DNA of 49,833 nucleotides, the filler included, from Bipalium vagum (taxonomy: Eukaryota): the NCBI GenBank assembly GCA_037834085.1. It is 2 parts of 2 records of this genome, joined end to end, with 100 filler letters (N's around TTAATTAATTAA, not from the genome) between each part and the next. Parts side by side here need not be neighbours in the genome. Positions count along the whole stretch, not along the records: positions 1 to 30,864 come from JBBMKC010261009.1; positions 30,965 to 49,833 come from JBBMKC010017010.1. One strand, 5' to 3'. The position numbers and the translations under genes were made by a program. The notes beneath the pieces are model-generated. The model had not been told where the DNA came from and made no database searches. It worked only from the letters and a program-made list of their open reading frames with translations. This document shows positions 25,384 to 36,300 of the stretch, in pieces (the first letter of the stretch is position 1; each line of letters starts with the position of its first letter).

Positions 25384-26589
25384 TTAAAATAGTCCGTTAT
25401 ACGCGGCAATCGCATAATTGTGTACATTATGGGGATCAAAATTCCGATCTTTGCGAACGATATGTTTAACAAAAGAAAAGCTTCTCTCCAGAGCATGATG
25501 TTGGCTGACATGATTGAAGCAGAGCAAAATTTGCAGGTGGTACGTCCTCTCTATTGCTGATGATAATTGCACGAAGATCGTTGTTTGATAAGCGCTTTTC
25601 AATGTATGCTCTTATATTACACGGATCATCCTGGAAAAAGAGTTTGAATAAGTTCTCCAGTCAAACTGCTGTTTGATACAGATTGCTTTGAGCGAGAAAT
25701 AAGTACCTCATTGCGTTCAAAACTTTCCACAATATGCCGAACAGTAGGCAAATATTGAGCATATCAGATACCTGCGTATAGCCATGTACCCCAACGTGTC
25801 AATACTGGCTGTGGCGGCTGACCTATAGTAGGAAACTGCAAACGGTGATCTTTATTCTTAACAGTTACCATTTTGACACAAGAAATAACATCGTCAATCG
25901 CAGGAAAGTGCCCACGAAGGCGCATTGCGCAGTTATGCAGAAGGTGACAGGCACATGAAACAGTTGGTTATACATGTTCTTTAATATAGATCAGACAAGA
26001 ATCATATATTTGCTGCATCAGTTTTTAAAAGAACAAAGTTCTGTCAGTGTGTGCCAAGACGTTATTGGGTAAAGGAACACAATCAAGTAAATATCTTTTT
26101 GTTGGTTTGTCCATGCATCCCACAAGAATGTTCATAAATCTGATATTGTTAATATTGCTTTCGTCTACAATAAGGAAAATCTTTTTTCCATCAATTAGAT
26201 CCTTTACATGATTTTTTACTTAAGATCCTAATTGTGACACTTGGGAGCGGCATGAATCATTTCCAAGGACTTTAAATAGTTTGACCACTGCTGGATGATT
26301 CAGTTTATATAGCGGAATATCAGCCGCCATAAATGCTTTAGCTACTTCTGTTGTAAAGCTACATTTTGATATTGCCAAGAATGATTGAATAGAACATGCT
26401 GCCTTCTTATTATTGTGCTTCCCAGATTGACGGTGGCTCTCTACAAAATGACGTTTTTCATGTTTTATTATGGCATCGCACAATTTGCAGTACAGTTGAT
26501 TTGTAGGGGTATTAATAAATTCTATCGGGTAATCAATAACGATCCTGTTGACTATGCATGATCTTTGACTATGCTGCTATCTTTGGCAT
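25384..26589 (-). pseudogene. hAT transposase with a few stops and frameshifts
   Basis: MPK...LYCKLCD..KRHFVESHRQSGKH, AFMAADIPLYKL, IFLIVDES, CACHLLHNCA, PQPVLTRWGTWL, LERSFSFVKHIVRKDRNF. Confidence 0.9.
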
Positions 26590-26725
26590 TGATGGAAATT
26601 ACAATTACTTAAATTATAATTACTTACAAACTAAAATTAAACTTACTTCTATAAAACTTAAATTTGATTTAATTTAGTATCTAATATTATTTAAACATTC
26701 TAAAACTGTATTTTAACTTTATAAC

Positions 26726-26967
26726 TAGGGCAATTTTATTTTAAACCTAAAAAACTTTTTAAAACTTTATTATTAAAAATATAAACCGTATTTTAACTTT
26801 ATAGTCTAAAAATTTTATTTTTAACATAAACATAAATTTTACCCGTATTTTAACCTTATAAATCACGATAGAGGGACCTTCAGTGACCGAAAATGGTATA
26901 CATGTGGTTTGTAGGTCAAGATAACCTAATGGACACATTTTAACTTTATTAACTTTTACTTGCCCTA
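26726..26967. mobile_element. 242-bp non-autonomous element of the same hAT family
   Basis: A second TAGGGCAA end at 26726 directly repeats ~85 bp of 25208-25290 and pairs with TTGCCCTA at 26960-26967. Confidence 0.7.
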
Positions 26968-27649
26968 CTTATAAAAAAGAAATGGTTATTGATGAAAATA
27001 AAGATTTTAGAGTGATCAAGGAATATGAAACAAGTCAAATATTCTTGTTTCATGGTAGCGAAAGAAAATGAATTGGATCTTATTGTTCAAAAGTTTCATT
27101 CTGAATTTCTTGATTTCAACGTGTCAACTTTTACAAAGATTTAGTCTTTATTTCGAGAAACAGCATTATTAAAACTTGGAAAGATATCTGTTGTTCTTGT
27201 GGTCATTTTTATAAGAATAGGAAATGTTCTCACTTGTATCAAGTTTTGAAATATTAATATTTAAATTTAAGTAATATTGTTGATGATTAGTAATATTGAT
27301 GTCAATATTCTAAGCATAAAAAGAAGAAAGGAGTCCCCAAAAAGATACCAAAAACTTTGGCTTGTATAAAGAAAAAAATTAATAAAAATAAAATTTTTGC
27401 TATTTTAAATTTGTTTTGTTTATAGTTCTTGTTATGTGTACTTTTAAAATTTATGGATTTTTCAATATATGTAAAACTTTTAAAATCTATGGAAATATTC
27501 TTAATCTATGGAAAAGTCAACATTTTATGGAAAAAGGTATAACCTACAGAAAAAAAATTTCAGCCAAAAATAAAATGTGACAGCATTCACAAAAACAATT
27601 ATTATACATTAAAGCATTATTTATAATAGTTTTTGATTTAATATTTTGA

Positions 27650-30210
27650 AATTATGAGCTTTTTTGAGGTATTGATTTACCTTCATCAAATCTTCTGCAA
27701 ATTTCAGTACTTATTTTATTGTATATTTTCATTATGGCCTAGAATAATTTAAAATTGATTAAACCCATTGAAAAATCCTGCAATACATGTCAAAAATAAA
27801 AATTATATTGTACGATTTTAATGTTATTATCTCTTTAAAGTAGGCTACTTAAAGTAGACAATAGAATTCTTTAATTAAACAACTTGCAGATCATTCTATG
27901 AAATCATCAATAGAAATTGTAATGCCGCAATGTCACAATATTTCAAATTTTAAAATTTAGTTTAAATAATTAACTTGTTTAACTATGATTTGACACCAGA
28001 TTTTTATTGGTCGATTATTATCTGGTCTGATTGGTTGTTTTAATTGATTAGATAATAATCTATTTTTAGTTTTATTCCAGCTTGTTGAAAATCGATTATT
28101 TTAAAACATTTTATTGATCGTTAATATGGCATGTTTGCACTTTGATCAATAGATTTTGAATAATGCAGCGGGTAAGTGTTATTTCATTCATTTTTCTCAA
28201 TTAAAGTATGTTAATTTTTTAAAATTAATTTAATTAAAATTCGCCATTTTGTATGAATTATGTTCTAAGCTTTAATGTGGCATTCATTAATAATTAATAT
28301 TTCGATTTTACAAATAATTTTCGTTTCAAATACTTATTGTTCATAAAATTTTATTATAAGATTATAACTTATTTATTTTAAAATAAATCAGTAAAATTTT
28401 AATTAATTAACTTTTATTAACTATTAATTAGTATGAGAATTTGAGCTGTCAAACTTATTTAATTAAGTTTTATATAAATAATTGCTAAACAACGTAATAA
28501 AGGAATGCGATTTATTTTGTAAATATATCTTAATTAAACGTAATTCTGTATTTTTTACGCAAATTAGTTTATTATTTTTATAATAATTTATGAAAAATAA
28601 AATCATCTATTAATTTTTTAAAAAATATTTTTACAGCTAATAACTAATAAAAAAATTTATCGATTTATTTTACTTATATTTTCTAATTATTAAATAATTT
28701 TTATTAATTATTATCCCAATCTGAGCAATCTAAAACTTATTTAATTCGGATTTATATAAATAGCTTTTAAAATAAAGTAATAATATAATATGGCTTATTC
28801 TGTAAATATATCTTAATTAAAACGTAATTCGTTAAATTCTGTTTCCTTGCACAAAATTAACTAATTAATTAAAAAAGTCATTTATTATTTTTTTATTAAA
28901 TATTTTTACAATTATTAACTACTAAAAAAATTTAATCGATTTATCTTATTTATATTTATATTAGTAAAAACCTTTTCCCACTTTTATGTTGTTATTAATA
29001 ATTATTATAATGATTTAGGAAGTGAATGAAGTATTTTCAAGTTATCAGGCAATATATATTTAACAATCTTTTTTTTATGATAATTTTTCTTATTCATTTA
29101 TCTTAATATTCTTTTTTAATCGCTTTGCGCATCTATTATTTAATCTCAATTAACATAATATTAATAATAATAATTTTTTTTTTATAAAATTAATATGGTG
29201 AAGTCTTAATGATTCTTTGAAACGTCCAAGAATGAAAATGTATTTGGAATTGTTTATGCCATTTCATGAGTGCGAATGCCATCTTTACGGTGTATTTTGA
29301 ATGATATTGACATATTATGGACTTTATTTTTTGATGGGTTTCATTCAGCGATCACATATTTGGACTGTTCGGGATTTTAAATATTGGTGTATTTTTCTAA
29401 CGATTTTTTTCTCATTTATTTCACCGAAAATTTTATGAAAATTAATTTAAGTATTAATTAAAAAATTAAATTTCAGCTAAAATAAATCCGAAAATTTTCT
29501 CTTTAAGACTCCACAGCCTTTTTCATATGTATTTTGAATGTTATATTAACTTTTATTATTATTGATGTCCCTGGAATGAGAATTTTAAAAACTCATTTGT
29601 TCCAGTTTTTAATATCAGAACATAAACGTCAAGTATAATATTAATTATTATTGTTATTTATACCATCAAAATAAGATTGAAAATGACTCTTAATTGCACT
29701 TCTGACTGTTGTTTCATATTGGAAGCTTGTTCAGAAGTACGTTAGAATAGAACTTGCTGAAATTACCACTGATCACTGAAAGATGAACGAATTCATGGAA
29801 TATTACACCATAAAAAGTAAAAATGACTATTTTTCTGTTTATTCAGACCAAAGATTTGTAGTTCATTTTGATATTGTAGAGAGACTTTTAGAATACCCGA
29901 GAAAAGAGTAATAATTTCAAACAATCCTCCTTCATGAAACGAAATTTACAAAAAATTATTTATAATATATAAATATATATATAATATATAAATATATAAA
30001 TTATAAAATGATATCATTTTTAAAAAATTATAAGTCACTCTTCTGAAAAATTACTTTTAAGAGATGGAAATTGCAGGTTATTTTATCTTTGTGATTGTAC
30101 GTAATAACATGATGCTCCTTTCAAGCAATAGGACTAGACGAGACCTGTTTTAATTTTAGTGTGGTAATGGTTCTTGGTTGAAACTAATAAATTATAGCTG
30201 TGATATCGAA
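27650..30210. other. Probable fragments of an unidentified intron-rich gene
   Basis: GC-richer patches with splice-like borders (for example cagcgg|gtaagt near 28171); frames could not be assembled. Confidence 0.3.
28440..28955. repeat. Diverged ~280-bp tandem duplication
   Basis: Units start ~28440 and ~28720 and share aaacttatttaatt, tgtaaatatatcttaattaaa(a)cgtaattc and atcgatttat. Confidence 0.8.
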
Positions 30211-30793
30211 AAATAAATTGATTTTGTATACTGCCCTTTATAAGAGAGAGAATTTTTCTCATGTGGACTAAATTGAATAAAATCTCATTTGCTATACTTT
30301 TTTGGAAAAATTTTCATTTTGAAAATTAAAAATCTCATTCTCACCCAAATGGAAACAAGGAAAAAATATTGTTTTAATTTAATGCCAAAACAACGAATTC
30401 CGTTTTAAATGTGTTTATAGACCAAAAGGTTTGTTTTTCTGCCAACTTTTATTTTTTCATTTATATGGGAATTTTTTTCATTTTCATTTGAAAAATTTGT
30501 AGAAATTATACTAGAAAGCATAGGTCAAGTACTTTATCAAATCTCAACATTGAAATAAAACAAATTTTATTATTAATTATATATAACAATGTTCTTTTTT
30601 TCTTACCTGTTAAAGAACAATGAAAAATATCCTTATTTGAAACAGAATAAATTATATTGAAAACTTTGTGTGACATATATTATGTTAAACACTTTGATTA
30701 TCCATATTGAACAGTTTAAAATGTCAGACTTATTTATCGTCATATTTTTTAGTTTTGTTATTATGATTATTATTTTTTTTTAGTATAATTTAC

Positions 30794-30864
<71 letters not shown>
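30794..30864. repeat. (ATT)n microsatellite
   Basis: Perfect ATT repeat up to the contig end. Confidence 0.95.
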
Positions 30865-30964
30865 NNNNNNNNNNNNNNNNNNNNNNNNNNNNNNNNNNNN
30901 NNNNNNNNTTAATTAATTAANNNNNNNNNNNNNNNNNNNNNNNNNNNNNNNNNNNNNNNNNNNN
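30865..30964. other. Artificial 100-nt contig spacer
   Basis: 44 N + TTAATTAATTAA (stops in all six frames) + 44 N. Separate irregular N gaps occur at 17492-17675 and 18704-18852. Confidence 0.9.
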
Positions 30965-31730
30965 CAGCAGAGGGAAATTATACGAGGTGAAAGGTGATGT
31001 TATATCAACTTATGTAGCTCAGATGTGGTTCAAAATATTTATTCACGATGAGAGCAACCTTCAGGATTAAGCACATTGAAGCTGACCTATAAAAATGAAT
31101 TGTGAAATCAGTTGAAGATATTCCATCAAATAGTGCCTGAAGATTGTCTAATGAACTTAACAGTTGTCCAACATCTGAAAGCTGTCAGTATGGTCAAGAG
31201 ACACTGCAAAGAAGTGTCTTATGAATTAACAGAAACGAATTGATGTATGTACTAAATACCTTTAAAATCCTCATGATAATCAAATTGTTACCTGAGATGA
31301 AAAATTAATGTGCATTAGCAATCATGACAAAAACCAATGATTGGATGTTGACCAGGTGGCCAAACCATTCTCAAAGATAGGAAAGATTCTCAACATGGTC
31401 ATATTGAGTGTATTATTGGAATTTTGAAAGTGTCGTTCGCTTTAAATTAATTCAGAATAACAAGAAATTTGACATTGACTTCTATTGTGTACAATTAGAT
31501 GGAATTTATGGAAAGATGCTGCAGAAATATTCATCATTGATCAATAAAAATCTAGTATTCTTGCAGCAAGATAATGTTATACCACAATGTGAAAAATAAA
31601 CTTGATAAAATTAAAGAATCGCATCTCTTTAGTTTTTACCAAATCCGACAAATAGTCCTAACCTTGGTCTATCAGATAATCGTCTTTTCCAGGCAATGGG
31701 ATATTTCCTAAAGGGCTTATCTTTATTATT
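30965..31730 (+). mobile_element. Degenerate mariner transposase
   Basis: DVISTYVAQMWFK, YYWNFESVVRF..FYCVQLD..LQQDNVIP, PNPTNSPNLGLSDNRLFQAM. Confidence 0.9.
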
Positions 31731-32019
31731 TGAAAATAATAAAATCGTTTTCTTTGGTAGGAAATTTTCCTCCTTTTCCTTAATTTCTAGTGACCTAAGG
31801 ACTTTTATCAATTAATTTTGCTTCTGGTTGAGATGCAAGAAGAAAAAAAATATTTCCTTTTGCCCTCAGAAGGCTTAATTCATTACACATGACAAGGTTC
31901 ATCATCAGAGTTATATTCTTGAATAATAATTTGTAAATAAGAATTCAAAATAAAGCAATAATAATAATCTATTTCATTATATCCGATTAATCAATCAAAC
32001 TTTTTAAACTTGGACGTCA

Positions 32020-33190
32020 CCTTTTATTAAAATTAAATTATTTACTTTTTTAAAAGTAACCAACATTTATTTAAAATATTTATTTAAAAATTTTAAAAAC
32101 GTAACATTATGATTTTTAAAAACTTTAAATTAAAAACGTTTAATAATTGTTAATCATGGCGTGAGGTCCATTTTTTAAAAAATTCAAAAAAACCAATAGT
32201 TCGAATCACTACTTATATCCTCCCTCTCAAGAATTTTTTTTAACTTCTCAACGTTCCTCCCAGAATTCTTCCATCTTTTATTCTATCAAATACCGTCTTC
32301 CATATATTTTTCTTTGTATGGACCCTCGAATCTTTGCTGGTCCTTGCTTTTCTTTTCCACTTTGACCAGGACTTCGTCACCATCTTCAAAATTCCTTTTC
32401 GTCATCGATTCCACCTCTGTTCTATTCACCTTCTCTCTCGACGGATACCATCTTTCTCGGCCTGCCAAAAATAATTTCTGCGGGGCTCCTTCCTGTCGTC
32501 TTCTGTGTTGCTGCATTCAATGAAAATCGACCTCTGGCAATAGTTCCTTCCAATACTTCCTTCCTTGCTCTGCTCTAGCTGCATTCAGTCTCTCCCTAAT
32601 AGTTCTAAATTATCGTTCGATGTGGCCATTAGTTTTGTGGTTGTATGGGCTTGAGAACCGCAGTTCTGAATTTATACTTTTCACGAACTCTGCCATCTTC
32701 TTTGGCTCAATTATTTATAGTCTTGGAAATAGTCTTGGAAATACGAAACTTGAAAACCCACCTCTATAATTTTCTCTTCGTCCTGCCTTGCTACCACAGT
32801 TAAACAGATATATTTACTGTACTGATCTATTATGAGTAGTATGTACTTTTTCTTCCCCCCTGGTTTCCGTTAACGGACCGCAGATGTCGACATAAATGTT
32901 CTCAAACATTTCAGATGCTTCCAATTTCACTCTGGCCTCTATTTTCGTTGATGTAAGAACTTTATGCTTTAGGCTTCGCACCCTGACAACACCCTCCTTA
33001 CTTTACTCCACAAACCCTTTATATCATGTTTTCCCTTCATGTATTTCACGACCTACTCAGTATCTGCATGAGCCAAAAATCAATGAACATGCCATATCAA
33101 GTTTTTTTCTGCATCTTTAGCATCTTCTGTGCCTGTTGCATCCAACATCCTGACTTTCATCTTTCCCTTCTTCGCCTCCTCATGCGCTAA
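32020..33190 (-). mobile_element. Gypsy-type LTR retrotransposon 3' fragment (integrase, PPT, possible LTR)
   Basis: IYVDICGPLTETRGKKKYILLIIDQYSKY, SSPYNHKTNGHIER, GDEVLVK..RFEGPYK; polypurine tract TTGAGAGGGAGGA at ~32218-32230. Confidence 0.9.
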
Positions 33191-33359
33191 TTGGCAGTGA
33201 CTTGACGACCCAATAGAAGTACAATTTTATTTAAATTTAGAAGTAAGTTGATTTGTGGTTGTGAGGATATTGGGTATTAATTTGAGATTTTCAATAATCA
33301 ATTGAAGTGCTAAAGAATGCTTATTTTTGTAAAAAGGAACTATTTTGCCCGAGTGATTT

Positions 33360-36300
33360 CTAGGATGTTGATTATAGGTTTTTTCAGACATTATGATAAT
33401 TGAAAATCGTTAGTAAACAAGTGATATCATTCTTGGGATTATACGAGCTATCAGCATTTTGGATTTCCTTAACAGGCATTCTGTTTATGGATTGGTTATA
33501 TTTGTTCAGTTAATATTTTTCGAAATATTAACAATAATAATATTCATCTTTAAAAAAGATGTAGTGATAAAATTAACCTTTTTTCAATATGGGAATTACA
33601 TATGCATTTACTGAAACTAAGATTCCTTCTAAGTATCAGTACAGCCTTGATAGATGTTTGTAAATGAAACACTGGTTGGTATATTTTATTAGATAATATT
33701 TTTTTTATTCAAATCTATCCAATACAGGTAATAATAATACTTATGAAAGAACAATATTTGCACTAAAATTTACCTTACCACTTCAATTAAATATTTATCT
33801 AAAATAATTTGTTTCATATTTATTGGTACACTTAGATTTAATAAGAATTAAAAATGATATTGAAGATTATGAGTTTCATAGGCATTCCTAGGAACTATTT
33901 ATTCATAACTCAATTTTAATTAATAATTTAGAATTCTTTATTAATTGAATTAATCCAATGATAATTCAAAATTCATAGAAAATCAGAAAAAACAAAAAAA
34001 TTAATAATATTTTTCATTGTAAAAATATCTTTATTTTACTTTATTAATTAATAAAAATTCAACTGTGCCGCTTATTTAAATTTATTTCACATTTCAAAAA
34101 ACATGAAATAAGGATGTAATTGTATTTAATAAATAATGTGTATAATCGTTTAGAGATTAATTTAGATCATAATGAAGATTATTATTTTTATTTTTCCTCT
34201 AATTTTTGATTACTGTTCATCGCCACACGTAGGATGTCCGAAAGATCGACCGTTTATTTTGGGTAAAGATAAATGTGGTAGTTTCTCAGACATTTGTCTC
34301 AAAAAAGGTAATAATGTTAAATGGAAATTATAAATAATAATCAATATATCTGTCTTCATTAATATCAAAAGGTTTTTTAATAATCTATTTAAATTCAATA
34401 AAATTTTATTAATTTATTTCATGGTAAAATCAATAGCGATTAGTATAATCAATTATTAAAATTTTATTGAAATTTAATAATAACGAATTATTATTAAATG
34501 TTCAACATATTAACATTATATTACTCTGATATATGTTTTTCATCTCTGAGGAATGATATCATCATTATTTTGAACACCAAAAAAATTATCTAGTTTATTA
34601 AAGGAATAAAATTAAGGACATCCGTAAAGAATTGTGAATTTTAATATCCTGCATATTTTTGTTAATAAAACTTATTATAGAAGTAAAGAAAAAGCAATAT
34701 TGGATGCATGAGCTAATTTTGAACAGTAAAGAGACCTTGATGTAAGACTGTGAGGAGAATTTTGAACAAGTTGTAAAAATTGTACCTAAATGACTCTTTC
34801 GACTATGTACCAAAGAATTTTTATCAGTAATAGGTTATCCTGTCGCCTGAATTAATTCGTCAGTTGCTGAAGTTAAGTCAAAAGATTCGACTTTATTTGG
34901 TTTAATAAAAGTAATTAGGTTGTTCGTAATTTTCACCTAAAAAATGTTTACCTAAATGTTTACAGGACCTTCCGAATGACTTAATATTTATACTAAAAAA
35001 TAAGAAGAAAAAGTATTTTTTCGCTGAAAATCTAGCGTTTATTAATAGAATAACGAAAAACTGCTCAAGATTATTATAAGAGCACAGGTGAAATCTCATT
35101 GATGATCTTTATTTGAATTCATGAAATGGCAGATCTTTCTTTTTTTCCTTTGAATTTTGTTGAAGATGTGATATATATTTTAGAAACAAAATAAATTTGA
35201 ATTTTGCTTTTCGAAAATAATGTTTTATAAAGCTAAAATAATGCTCTACGGGTCTTTATTTTTCCAGAGTTTGCAGAAGACCACAAGAGCTTTATAAATT
35301 TATGAAATATTTAAATAATCGCCAATATTCCTAAATTTTGGAAAGATGAAATATTTACTTTGAAATATTTCTTGCTAATCTTTAAAGATGATATTTCAAA
35401 AGGTATAACAAATCATCCAAAGTTTAAGTCACAGCCCATTAGAAAATGCATAAAAGTATTCGGAAAACAGCTAAAAAATTCAAGATTGAGCGTAAGGTCC
35501 TCAAAGAATAGTTAAATAACGGTAGGTCATAGAGATTTATTGAAAATTAGAATTAATTAGACACGGATCTAAAGAAAAGAAACTTTGCATGTTTTGTGAT
35601 TACCCTAATCTTATTAGAAATTATCAAATCTCAGTAGCAAGGAATTTTAATATAAAGATTGATTTTTTAAAGGTAGTGGGGCTTTATTATTAAAATCTCG
35701 AAAAATCGTCTGTTTCTTCATTATTTCAAGTCTTAGAGTATATTTTCTGTTTTAAGATAAAATGAAAGACAGTTCTCTTTTTTTTAATTTGTATTTAAGA
35801 ATGTTTAGAACATTTTAATGTTAGAAAGAACAGTCATTTCCGCATAAGAATTTGTAGTGTAACAATTGAAATTTATAAAATACTTTGAGATAATCTCCAT
35901 TTTTAATTAATTGATTATTCAGGATCTGATGAATGTGACTTTGGAATAAATGCTTGTCAGCGTAAATAATTTTACTTGTTTTAATCTGATAAATGATGTT
36001 TTAGAATGTCCATCCAATTTCAGCGCAAAGAGTAATTTTATTAAGGCTTAATTAAAATTCAATTTTGTTTAGTAATAAATCAGGTATTGACGATGGTGTT
36101 CAACGCACAAGGTTTGGTTATTATTAAATTTAAATTACGTTTTTATTGATACTTTACTAATACTGAGAATATACCTCACCAATGTAACGATCCTAAATCC
36201 TTTTTATTCCAATTGAATTTTTTCAAATGTACAGTAAATGAAACCACTTAGACATCTTTTTAAAGAATTTTTGGGATAATTACCCTTGTTTTGTACTACG

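Larger units (their letters stand above)
25208..26967 (-). mobile_element. hAT transposon (TAGGG termini, CGGBP1-related/hATm-like), composite
   Basis: TIRs TAGGGCAA...TTGCCCTA; 8-bp TSD CTTATAAC/CTTATAAA; subterminal ttttaactttat repeats. Confidence 0.9.
21962..27565 (+). mobile_element. MULE/Mutator DNA transposon with long TIRs, interrupted by nested insertions
   Basis: Exact 10-bp TSD AAAAATAAAA (21952-21961 and 27566-27575); inverted ends share ttttccatRaaatRttgacttttccat. Transposase pieces: YYCWKEWKAHCEADLRI..H (~22200-22375), QRTHC*AHVIR (~24820), WFESY...STST (~25050) and SWIM finger CSCGHFYKNRKCSH (~27190). Confidence 0.85.

Noticed and set aside
25195-26870. Direct repeats read as LTRs or a CRISPR-like array
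   Set aside because: They are hAT terminal and subterminal repeats around a DDE transposase; there are no regular spacers and no cas or pol genes.
27650-30210. Possible 5' part of the cadherin-like gene (RTRR furin-like site near 30130)
   Set aside because: It lies across the artificial spacer, so linkage is unsupported.
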